From Candidatus Saccharimonadota bacterium (lineage in GTDB: Bacteria > Patescibacteriota > Saccharimonadia > Saccharimonadales > Saccharimonadaceae), in contig JAFWNF010000002.1 in assembly GCA_017510445.1 (NCBI GenBank), positions 20,294 to 52,293 on the forward strand: 32,000 nt of DNA, given 5' to 3'. How positions within the stretch are numbered: position 1 is the stretch's first letter; the number at the start of each line of letters is the position of its first letter. This document shows positions 1 to 8,076 of the stretch, piece by piece. Below the pieces are notes generated by a model. The model did no database searches, was not told where the DNA came from, and worked only from the letters and a program-made list of their open reading frames with translations. A program made the position numbers and the translations under genes.

Positions 1-948
1 TTACCAGAGACCGATTTTGGTGGCGACGTCTTAACTGAAAAAGATTTGAATGATATCGCCTTTGGTGCTGAACATGATTTCGATTATGTCGCCATGTCTT
101 TCGTCCAGAGCGCAAACGATATCATTAAATTGCGGGAAATTATGAAACAGCATAATTATGACGCAAAGGTTATAGCCAAAATTGAAACTCAAAAAGCAAT
201 TGAAACAGATAAACATCTGGAAGAAATTGTTAAGGTTTCTGACGGTATCATGGTTGCCCGTAACGATATGTCTGCTGAAGCTGGAAATGAAGTCGTCCCA
301 ATTGTTCAGAGAAAGCTGATTGCTTTTTGTCGAAGACATTCAAAATTTTGTATTGTTGCGTCTCAAATGTTTATGTCTATGGTTGAAAATCCCGAGCCAA
401 CTCGTGCCGAAGTTAGCGATGTAGCAAACGCCGTCGTTCAAGGCGCAGACGTCGTCATGTTATCCGACGAAACAACGAATGGTAAATTCCCAATCGAAAC
501 CGTAAAACAAATGAAGAAAGTCATTCTTTATACCCAAAACCATCTTCCTGTTTCTCAGATTAGCCAAGATCCAAGTAGCGAGAACAACAACTATGACGCC
601 ATCGCTAGTGCGGTTGTTGATTTAGCTGAAAGACTTGATGTCGATTTAATTATTAGCCAAACAGGAACAGGTGAAACATCTCGAATTCTGGCCGCCCAAC
701 GTCCAGATGTGCCAATTTTGTCAGTGACTAGTGATCCGCATGTCGCAAATCAACTTGCGCTTATTTACGGCAACACAGCTTTCACTCGTCCATATTCCGT
801 TACCTACGGCATCGATCTTGTTAAAGAATTGAAAGCGTCAGGTTATTTGAAAGTTCCGGAAGGGAAAGACGAACTCCTCGCTATTATTGTTTCTGGCAAC
901 AAAGATAGAATTGCTGGAACAGATACAATTCGTATCCGTCATATTTAA
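1..948 (+). CDS. pyk: pyruvate kinase, C-terminal ~315 codons (N-terminus lies upstream of the window)
   Basis: Frame 1 is open from base 1 (LPETDFGGDVLTEKDLNDIAFG...). It carries PK motifs KIETQKAIE, MVARNDMSAE (a divergent form of MVARGDLGVE), SQMFMSM and PTRAEVSDVANAV. Stop codon at 946-948. Confidence 0.9.
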   Translation, partial: LPETDFGGDVLTEKDLNDIAFGAEHDFDYVAMSFVQSANDIIKLREIMKQHNYDAKVIAKIETQKAIETDKHLEEIVKVSDGIMVARNDMSAEAGNEVVPIVQRKLIAFCRRHSKFCIVASQMFMSMVENPEPTRAEVSDVANAVVQGADVVMLSDETTNGKFPIETVKQMKKVILYTQNHLPVSQISQDPSSENNNYDAIASAVVDLAERLDVDLIISQTGTGETSRILAAQRPDVPILSVTSDPHVANQLALIYGNTAFTRPYSVTYGIDLVKELKASGYLKVPEGKDELLAIIVSGNKDRIAGTDTIRIRHI

Positions 949-957
949 TGGTATAAT
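949..957 (+). promoter_or_regulatory. extended -10 element TGgTATAAT upstream of pgk
   Basis: TG at 949-950 and TATAAT at 952-957, followed by SD GGAGG and the ATG at 977. The -35 region is weak. Confidence 0.4.
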
Positions 958-976
958 CTAGGAAAGTGGAGGTTTT

Positions 977-2050
977 ATGTTTGATAAAAAAACAATCAAA
1001 GATGTTGATATAAAAAACAAAATTGTTTTAGTCCGTGTCGATTATAATGTTCCATTAAAAGACGGAGAAGTTACAAGTGATTTAAGAATTAAGTCTAGTT
1101 TGCCAACTCTAAATTATTTAATTGAGAAAAAAGCAAAGAAGATTATTTTAATCTCGCATCTTGGTCGCCCAGAAGGAAAGAAAGTTCCGGAATTGTCCAT
1201 GAAACCTGTCGCAGAAGCTCTGAAAAAACTTCTGCCAGAATCGAAGATTAATTTTGTTGATGATGTTTCTGGTCCTGATGTCGAAACTGCTGTCGAAACA
1301 GCCAAAGACGGTGAAATTATTTTACTCGAAAACCTACGTTTTTATGCTGGCGAAGAAAAGAATTCCGAAGACTTTATTCGCGAGATTGTCGATTCGACTG
1401 GTGCAGAAATCTTTGTTCAAGACGGCTTTGCGGTCATTCATCGCGCCCACGCTTCGACTTCCGCCATCGCGAAATGTTTGCCAGTTTATGCTGGATTTTT
1501 GTTAGAGAAAGAAGTTGAAAATCTCACGAAAGTCACCGAAAAACCCGAAAAGCCATTTCTCTTTATTCTCGGCGGTTCAAAAGTTGAGGACAAACAACCT
1601 TTAATCGATAAATTTATTGATAAAGTTGATGACATTGTTGTTGGTGGAAAAATCGCTGTTGATGGCTACCAACCTGATAACGAAAAAATCTACGTAGCAG
1701 AAGATTTTGATGAAGATTCTGAAGGAAACAAACTCGATATTGGACCAGTTTCGACTCATAAAATTGTCGAAAAAATTCAAAACGCAAAAACCATCGTTTG
1801 GAATGGCGTATTAGGCAAGGTTGAAGATCCTGCTTTTGCAACATCTTCGACAATCGTCGCGAAAATTATCGGCGAAAATCCAGAAATAACTTCAATTATT
1901 TGTGGTGGCGATACGACAGGATTTGTTGAAAACTTAATGGAAGAATCAAAAGACTTAAAATATTCGCTCGTTTCTACTGGCGGTGGTGCTTCTCTCGAAC
2001 TTCTGTGTGGAAAAGAATTGCCAGGCCTTGAAGTAGTTGAAGACAAATAA
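977..2050 (+). CDS. pgk: phosphoglycerate kinase (compact, 357 aa)
   Basis: Motifs RVDYNVPL, ISHLGRP, LLENLRF, HRAHAS, ILGGSKVEDK, VWNGVLG, CGGDT and STGGGASLE. SD GGAGG lies upstream. Confidence 0.95.
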   Translation: MFDKKTIKDVDIKNKIVLVRVDYNVPLKDGEVTSDLRIKSSLPTLNYLIEKKAKKIILISHLGRPEGKKVPELSMKPVAEALKKLLPESKINFVDDVSGPDVETAVETAKDGEIILLENLRFYAGEEKNSEDFIREIVDSTGAEIFVQDGFAVIHRAHASTSAIAKCLPVYAGFLLEKEVENLTKVTEKPEKPFLFILGGSKVEDKQPLIDKFIDKVDDIVVGGKIAVDGYQPDNEKIYVAEDFDEDSEGNKLDIGPVSTHKIVEKIQNAKTIVWNGVLGKVEDPAFATSSTIVAKIIGENPEITSIICGGDTTGFVENLMEESKDLKYSLVSTGGGASLELLCGKELPGLEVVEDK

Positions 2051-2054
2051 AAGC

Positions 2055-2081
2055 GAGCCCGTGCGAACACGGGCTCTTTTT
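2055..2081. terminator. bidirectional intrinsic terminator between convergent pgk and hppA
   Basis: Stem GAGCCCGTG / CACGGGCTC with a CGAA loop. It is followed by TTTTT on the + strand and by a T-rich run on the - strand. Confidence 0.75.
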
Positions 2082-2097
2082 ATCAGACGCGTTAGAA

Positions 2098-4203
2098 TTA
2101 GATTCTAAACAACGGGGCGAGCGTATTCGCCACAGTTGACATCATTTTAATGAAGATGTCGAGGGCGACCCCTACCACGTCTTTACGAGTGTCGCCGATG
2201 GTATCACCATCGACAGAGGATTTGTGAGCGGGAGAACCTTTTGGACAGTCCGGAATTCCGCCAGCTTCAATGAACTTTTTGGCGTTATCGAATGCACCAC
2301 CACTGTTGCCCATAAATATTGCGAGCATAATGGCGATGATTGTTGCACCAACAAGTGTTCCGCCAACGAACTGTGCGCCAAAGATAAAGCCGCAAACTAC
2401 TGGAACGATAATTGCGATGATTGACGGCGCAAGCATCTTTTTCAGTGCGCGGTTTGTTGCAATATTGATGCAGGTTTCATAGTCAGGCCTTTTTGTGCCT
2501 TCGAGAATACCTGGCTCTTTGATTTGTTCAATACTTTCGTCAGCCATTGCCTGTGCCGACTCGATTGTATTTCTGGTTAACCAACCAGAGAACAGTGCAA
2601 TTATTCCTCCGAAAATTGCACCACCCATAACTTTGCCGTCGGCAATGTTAAGGTCGACATTTGTCGAGAAGTTGCCGATAAACGAAATTATCATCGAGAT
2701 CGTTGCGAAGGCCGCGCTTCCGATAGCAAAACCCTTACCAATAGCTGCGGTTGTATTACCGATTGAGTCAAGTTCGTCTGTGACTTCGCGGAGTTCTTCA
2801 GGAAGATGACAGGCCTCTACAATTCCGCCAGCGTTGTCTGCAATCGGACCAAAAGCATCGATCGAAACAGTTGTTCCAACGAATGACAACATTCCAAGAG
2901 CAGAAATTGCGATGCCATAATTTCCGCAAAGTTTTGAAGAAATCATGATGGCGATGCCGATGAGTGCCATGGGCGGGAAGCAGGAAATAAATCCTAGTCC
3001 GTCACCCATTGTGACGTTAAATGCGGTACCTTCTTTAGAGATTTTTGCAATGTCCTGAACAAAATGATATTTACTTGAAGTAAATATCTCGGTGATTATT
3101 CCGATTAGGACTCCAGAAAGGATGCCTAAAATTGCAGATATCCACGGAGATACCCAACCGAGCTTAAAGACTTCGGGGATTGATTCCGTTTTGCCGAATA
3201 CTTTTGCGCAGGCAACAAAACTACCGATAACTGTAATACCAGCCGAAATATAAGTTGCCATATTAAGCTGTTTTGATGCGGAATTGCTCATCTTTATGTG
3301 CGAAGAAATTGCAACGCCGATGATACAACTTAATAGTCCAACACCTGCTAAAAGTAACGGGAACATGATTGCTGCTTTAAAAAGCTCAACACTTGATTTG
3401 CCAAAAACTATTACTGACATCATTATTGATGCGACGATTGTCGCAACATAGCTTTCAAGCAAATCGGAACAGTTACCAGCAATATCGTTTACGTTATCGC
3501 CGATAAAATCAGCGATTGTGCTAGGAATTCTCGGGTCATCTTCAGGAAGTCCGTATCTATTTTTTCCGACAATATCGGAAGAAATATCTGCAGCCTTCGT
3601 GAAGTTTCCGCCAGCGACACGGTTAAACATTGCAACAATTGAGCAACCGAGAGAATAAGTCGTTATTCTTACAATTGTCGGGTTGCAAACTGTTTTCAAA
3701 ACCAAACCGTGGCTTTCTGAATTTGGATTGATTTCGCCAAAAACAAACAGAATAAACAAGATTCCGAATGTGCCAAGTGCTTGAACGCTAAGACCAGAAA
3801 CGCCACCACCTGTAAGAGCAACTTTCATTGTTTCGAAAATAGATTTCTCTTTTCCAAGACTATAAGTTTCTCTAGCACGATTGGATGTTCTAACGTTTGC
3901 ATAAGTTGCACTTCTCATGCCCATAATACAAACAAACGAACTCATCATCGCACCAAGGATGAACGTTAAACCGGATGTTTTTTCAACAAAAAGAGAAAAA
4001 ATAATTGCCAAAACTATAACGACAATAGCAATTGTTTTAAACTCAATTTTGATAAAAGTGTTCGCACCGGCGCGGATTATGCTTGCGAGATTTTTCATCT
4101 CCTCATTGCCTTCATTCATTCCCTTAACTTTCGTGTAGGAAGACATTATGTACACGAGAGCCAAAACTACTACTGCCAGTATTGCACAAAGCAATATGTT
4201 CAT
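2098..4203 (-). CDS. hppA: membrane-integral pyrophosphate-energised cation pump (M-PPase) with the K+-dependent-type signature
   Basis: 701 aa polytopic protein with motifs GDNVNDIAGN, DAFGPIADNAGG, GNTTAAIGKGFAIGSA, GGAFDNAKK and GDTIGDTRKD. SD AAGAGG lies upstream. Confidence 0.95.
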   Translation of the reverse strand: MNILLCAILAVVVLALVYIMSSYTKVKGMNEGNEEMKNLASIIRAGANTFIKIEFKTIAIVVIVLAIIFSLFVEKTSGLTFILGAMMSSFVCIMGMRSATYANVRTSNRARETYSLGKEKSIFETMKVALTGGGVSGLSVQALGTFGILFILFVFGEINPNSESHGLVLKTVCNPTIVRITTYSLGCSIVAMFNRVAGGNFTKAADISSDIVGKNRYGLPEDDPRIPSTIADFIGDNVNDIAGNCSDLLESYVATIVASIMMSVIVFGKSSVELFKAAIMFPLLLAGVGLLSCIIGVAISSHIKMSNSASKQLNMATYISAGITVIGSFVACAKVFGKTESIPEVFKLGWVSPWISAILGILSGVLIGIITEIFTSSKYHFVQDIAKISKEGTAFNVTMGDGLGFISCFPPMALIGIAIMISSKLCGNYGIAISALGMLSFVGTTVSIDAFGPIADNAGGIVEACHLPEELREVTDELDSIGNTTAAIGKGFAIGSAAFATISMIISFIGNFSTNVDLNIADGKVMGGAIFGGIIALFSGWLTRNTIESAQAMADESIEQIKEPGILEGTKRPDYETCINIATNRALKKMLAPSIIAIIVPVVCGFIFGAQFVGGTLVGATIIAIMLAIFMGNSGGAFDNAKKFIEAGGIPDCPKGSPAHKSSVDGDTIGDTRKDVVGVALDIFIKMMSTVANTLAPLFRI

Positions 4204-4239
4204 AAAAACACCTCTTTCAAAAAATTAAGATACAAAATT

Positions 4240-4258
4240 GAGGGTACGCTCCACCCTC
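4240..4258 (-). terminator. GC-rich hairpin plus U-tract between the CaCA stop and the hppA SD (terminator or attenuator-like)
   Basis: On the minus strand the stem is GAGGGT / ACCCTC with a 7-nt loop, followed by AATTTTGTATCTTAATTTTTT. Confidence 0.4.
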
Positions 4259-4273
4259 TAATTTCACCGAAAG

Positions 4274-4282
4274 ATTATATCA
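4274..4282 (-). promoter_or_regulatory. extended -10 element TGaTATAAT upstream of the hppA leader
   Basis: The reverse complement of 4274-4282 reads TGATATAAT. It lies 15 nt downstream of the CaCA stop codon. Confidence 0.4.
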
Positions 4283-4293
4283 CAGATTACAGG

Positions 4294-5280
4294 CTAAGTC
4301 CAGATGAAAGTAATCACATAGTAAGCGACAAAAATCCCCACCATTACCGCGCCTTCTTTTCTGGAAATGTATTTGTCTTCTTTTGTGAACATGAACAAAA
4401 TCAGCGCAGCACTTGCCATCATTACCAAATCTAGAATGTTAAAGCTAACAATGCTAATCCCGCCATAAATTAGAATTGGGAGACCTAAAACTACGCAAAT
4501 ATCAAAGATATTACTGCCAAGCGAATTACCGATCAGAAGATCCTGCTCTCCTTTTTTCGAAGCAAAAATCGCAGCAGTTAATTCTGGCAAAGATGTCCCG
4601 ATTGCAACGACCGCGATTGCAATAACTCGTTCACTCACACCAATTGCCGACGCAATAGTTTTTGCGTTATTTACAACGAGATCACTACCGAGAACTACCG
4701 CAGCGAGTCCACCAAATAAGAAAAGCACATAAACCCAAGTCTTCCTCTCCTTTTTTATCTTTTTTCGTCTAGTTCTTGCTGGCTTCGTTTTTGTTTTTGA
4801 GTTTCGGGATCGAATTTTTGAAATGAAAAATGTCAGGAATAGTGATGTGAAATATAGAAGCAGAAGAACCACAGCGCCAGTCCTATTAATCTCGCCGTCA
4901 GTAAAGAACGCAATTGCTACTAATGCGACAAACACAGTGATAAGAAAAACATAAAACGGCATCTCGACTTCAACCGCGCTTTTTCGGATTTTTACAGGAC
5001 GAATAAGTGCACTGACACCAAGAAGCAAGAAAATATCTGCAATTGCACAGCCGATAATATCACCAAGAATCAAATCCGTTTCTCCGCTAGAAAAAGCTTT
5101 TAGCGCAACGAAAATTTCCGGCGCACTTGTCCCGAAAACGATGATTGTCATTCCGATAACAAGTTCAGAAATTTTCAGTTTTCGCGCGACACCACTAGCG
5201 CCATCAACCAGAAAATCTGCGCCTTTAATTAGGACAAATAATCCAACGAGAAAAACTAGTGTTGTTAGAAAAATATCCAT
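4294..5280 (-). CDS. Ca2+/cation antiporter, CaCA family (YrbG-like)
   Basis: 328 aa with two alpha-repeat motifs (GTSAPE and GTSLPE) in hydrophobic halves, separated by a basic loop (KTKTKPARTRRKKIKKERK). Confidence 0.85.
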   Translation of the reverse strand: MDIFLTTLVFLVGLFVLIKGADFLVDGASGVARKLKISELVIGMTIIVFGTSAPEIFVALKAFSSGETDLILGDIIGCAIADIFLLLGVSALIRPVKIRKSAVEVEMPFYVFLITVFVALVAIAFFTDGEINRTGAVVLLLLYFTSLFLTFFISKIRSRNSKTKTKPARTRRKKIKKERKTWVYVLFLFGGLAAVVLGSDLVVNNAKTIASAIGVSERVIAIAVVAIGTSLPELTAAIFASKKGEQDLLIGNSLGSNIFDICVVLGLPILIYGGISIVSFNILDLVMMASAALILFMFTKEDKYISRKEGAVMVGIFVAYYVITFIWT

Positions 5281-5289
5281 AAGCTTATT

Positions 5290-5739
5290 CTACCACAGTG
5301 TTCTCCACATATAATCTTTGTATTTTCCGTTTTTATACATAGACCAGTCAGCCCACGGCTCATTGTTTTCTTTGTAGAGTTTATAGGCGCACGCTACATT
5401 TTTTTCAATATCAAAAGTGTCACAATCCTCTCGCCCTGGAAGAATTCTAATTTGGAATAGTCCAACCGAATAGCCATATTCTCGACCTTTTTCTTCAAAG
5501 ACCATATTCAGATCTCCCTTTGAATATTGATCGCATTTACTTTCAGCCTTCATTACCGCAATTGCAATGCCAGTATCCCAATCATATTTTTTTATTTCAT
5601 TTATTGCATCGTCGCAATTTTCAAGCGTAATATTAGGCGGTAAAATTCTGCCCGTCGTAAAAAATTCCCAGTGATAAATTGCAATTATACCGAGGAAAGT
5701 CAAAATAAAAATAATAAATAAAATTAAAACTTTTTTCAT
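5290..5739 (-). CDS. membrane-anchored lysozyme-like / lytic-transglycosylase-like protein
   Basis: N-terminal TM or signal segment, then the KAES...GYSVGLFQI pattern typical of SLT/lysozyme-like folds. Its start abuts the upstream gene with no gap. Confidence 0.5.
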   Translation of the reverse strand: MKKVLILFIIFILTFLGIIAIYHWEFFTTGRILPPNITLENCDDAINEIKKYDWDTGIAIAVMKAESKCDQYSKGDLNMVFEEKGREYGYSVGLFQIRILPGREDCDTFDIEKNVACAYKLYKENNEPWADWSMYKNGKYKDYMWRTLW

Positions 5740-6705
5740 TTATCCACCAAATAACTCTGGATTTTCAACTAAAACTATGCCACACACCGCGATTAAGGTG
5801 GCGACAAAGTGAACAATTACAGTTCGTTTGTCGAGTTTTTCACGTCCAAATTTAGGCCAAACAATTGTAAATACTAATCCAAACAAGAAAGTCGCAAGTA
5901 GCTTTATTACATTTTCAATAGCCGAAATAACCGCAACTTGACCAAGAAGCATAGCGTAACGCATCAAAGCATCTTGCGTGATCCAAAGGGCTGCACTTGC
6001 AAAAAGCGGTATTAAAACCTTATATTTCGATTTTTTGAGAACGCGCGAATAATCTTTTCGCCATTTTTTAAAGATTAAACATAAGACGATATCGAAAACC
6101 GCTCTTCCAGAAAGCAGAAATGCAACTGCCATTACCATCGGCATCTCCTTTTCGCCCATCCCATCACCTCGCTCTGCAAGAAGGAAAGAAATATATGAGA
6201 AAGCATAAATAATCAAATGAACTAAAATAAGAAGAGCCGCTTTATTCTCTACTTTTTTTCCTCTTTTTCTAGTTGAAAGTACGATTAGAAGCGGAGCAGA
6301 TAGTAGGACGAAAAAAGCAATCAATTGAACGTGTGAAATATGTTGACCTAATAATAATGCGCCAAGAATCAACAAAAAAACAGGTGCAAGTTGGGAAAAA
6401 ATCACCGTACCTGTGGTGTTTTCATATTTTAGTGCTAGATAGTACGGAATAGAAGATAGCGATAAAATCACACCAGACAGAGCAATAAAGAATGCGGAAG
6501 ACAAAGAAAAAGACGGCACGTCAAAGAAAATTGGATAAATAATAAATATGGAAATTGAAATAACTGCGTAAATTGGTCCAAAAAAACACTTTTGGATTTG
6601 CGGGCGTTTACCGTTGAAATAGTTATCGACAAGGGCATTATCAAAAAACCCAGCAACAGAAGCTAAAACAGCGCAAATAATGGTAAGTATTAGCCAAATT
6701 TCCAT
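5740..6705 (-). CDS. polytopic (~10 TM) permease, DMT/EamA-like
   Basis: 321 aa, hydrophobic throughout, with a two-halves organisation. No diagnostic motif was recognised. Confidence 0.5.
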   Translation of the reverse strand: MEIWLILTIICAVLASVAGFFDNALVDNYFNGKRPQIQKCFFGPIYAVISISIFIIYPIFFDVPSFSLSSAFFIALSGVILSLSSIPYYLALKYENTTGTVIFSQLAPVFLLILGALLLGQHISHVQLIAFFVLLSAPLLIVLSTRKRGKKVENKAALLILVHLIIYAFSYISFLLAERGDGMGEKEMPMVMAVAFLLSGRAVFDIVLCLIFKKWRKDYSRVLKKSKYKVLIPLFASAALWITQDALMRYAMLLGQVAVISAIENVIKLLATFLFGLVFTIVWPKFGREKLDKRTVIVHFVATLIAVCGIVLVENPELFGG

Positions 6706-6720
6706 ATGATTATTTTAACA
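6706..6720 (-). promoter_or_regulatory. TGtTAAAAT-N6-ATG leaderless-type promoter of the permease gene
   Basis: The minus strand reads TGTTAAAAT (6720-6712), then AATCAT, then the ATG at 6705. There is no SD. Confidence 0.5.
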
Positions 6721-6864
6721 TAAGCATTTACAAAAGAAAATAAGAGAAAAAATACCAAAATATTGTAAAAATTACAACATTTTTTCATTAGCGCGATAAC
6801 AGATAATCAGCATTTTTGTAGTATAATAAAACCATAATAATTAACAACTAAAGGAGAATCCCTT

Positions 6865-8073
6865 ATGGCATTTATCAAAGCATTTTCAGGCGCGCTTGGT
6901 GGAAGCTTCGCAAACCAATGGCTCGACTATCTCGTTCCGCCTTCAAGCATGCGTGATCACACTCTCATCGCGCGCGCAGTGACAAAAAATACAGACGCAG
7001 ACCGAACCTCAAACACAAAAGGCAACGAAAATATTATCAGCGATGGCAGTAAATTCCTCGTTCCTGAAGGCGCGTGTCTTGTCACGGTAGAAAATGGCGC
7101 AATCACTGGTGTTATTGCCGAACCAGGCGGTTATACTTATAGCGCTAAAGATGTTCCAGAAGCAAAAAGCATGTTCGCTGGTGACGGATTCTTCGCTAGT
7201 ACCTTTGGCCAAAGCTGGAACCAATTTAAATTCGGTGGCCAACCAGGCAACCAACAATTCGCTTTCTATGTAAATTTGAAGGATATTGCCGGTCTTCGCT
7301 ATGGTACTCAAAATCCAATTCGCTACAAAGATGCGAACTATGCAAATACTATGCTCGCTGTGACAAGCAACGGTACTTATACAATCAAGGTCGTCGACCC
7401 AGTTCTTCTTTTCAAAAATCTTATCCCTGTTGACATTGTTTCTGGCCAAGGTCGTGAACAATTTGATATTGGCGATAATGACGAAGGCGTTGAAGACTCT
7501 CTCTTTGCCGGGTTTGTCGGGTCTCTAGCAGCCGCTCTCTCCGCTTATACAAAAGGCGGTAAATCAATCGACGACATCCAAGGCGGAACTACTGAATTTG
7601 CTAAAGAAGTTAATAAAGCAGTTGAAGAAAATTATCAATGGGGAACCAAATACGGCCTCGAAGTTGTTAATGTCCAACCAATGGGCCTCGACTGGGATGA
7701 ACAATCTGTCGAGCTCATCAACAAATTCAATATGGGCAATCTCATGCAAGGTGGCGTTGGCGCAGCCTATGCCCAAACTCAAATTGCTGAAGGTTTTAAT
7801 GCCGCCGGAAATAATGGTGGTGCCATGCCTATGATGGGCATGGGTATGGGTGTCGGCATGATGGGTGGTATGGCCGGTATGGCTCAGCCAATGGGCACAA
7901 ACCCAGTCCAGCCAGCTCAACCAACTCCTGCCCCACAACCAGCCCCACAACAGCCAGCTGCTCCAGCAGCACCTGCGCCAGAAACTTCAGCTCCTGAAGC
8001 ACCAGCTACACCAGAAACTCCAGCACCAGAAGCTCCAGCTGACAACACTACTCCAGAAACTCCAGCGGAGTAG
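6865..8073 (+). CDS. SPFH/band-7-like protein of the COG4260 ('virion core protein-like', YdjI-like) family with a low-complexity tail
   Basis: The N-terminus MAFIKAFSGALGGSFANQWLDY...SNTKGNENIISDGS matches my memory of this family. SD AAGGAG is present. The C-terminal ~85 aa are Met/Gly-rich and then Pro/Ala/Glu/Thr-rich. Confidence 0.7.
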   Translation: MAFIKAFSGALGGSFANQWLDYLVPPSSMRDHTLIARAVTKNTDADRTSNTKGNENIISDGSKFLVPEGACLVTVENGAITGVIAEPGGYTYSAKDVPEAKSMFAGDGFFASTFGQSWNQFKFGGQPGNQQFAFYVNLKDIAGLRYGTQNPIRYKDANYANTMLAVTSNGTYTIKVVDPVLLFKNLIPVDIVSGQGREQFDIGDNDEGVEDSLFAGFVGSLAAALSAYTKGGKSIDDIQGGTTEFAKEVNKAVEENYQWGTKYGLEVVNVQPMGLDWDEQSVELINKFNMGNLMQGGVGAAYAQTQIAEGFNAAGNNGGAMPMMGMGMGVGMMGGMAGMAQPMGTNPVQPAQPTPAPQPAPQQPAAPAAPAPETSAPEAPATPETPAPEAPADNTTPETPAE

Positions 8074-8076
8074 AAA

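Noticed and set aside
31-339. 102-aa minus-strand ORF at the window start.
   Set aside because: It is antisense to the pyruvate kinase frame, which carries clear family motifs.
2172-4138. Six ORFs of 62-104 aa from the track, in other frames or on the other strand (2172-2381, 2224-2424, 2270-2482, 2495-2809, 3781-3969, 3917-4138).
   Set aside because: All lie entirely within the strongly supported 701-aa pyrophosphatase gene. They have no SD or promoter signals and their sequences are low-complexity. They are shadow ORFs.
6763-6777. Palindrome TTGTAA-AAA-TTACAA in the permease/SPFH divergent spacer, considered as a possible operator.
   Set aside because: The arms are only 6 bp in a very AT-rich spacer and do not overlap the predicted promoter elements. 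Chance occurrence is likely.
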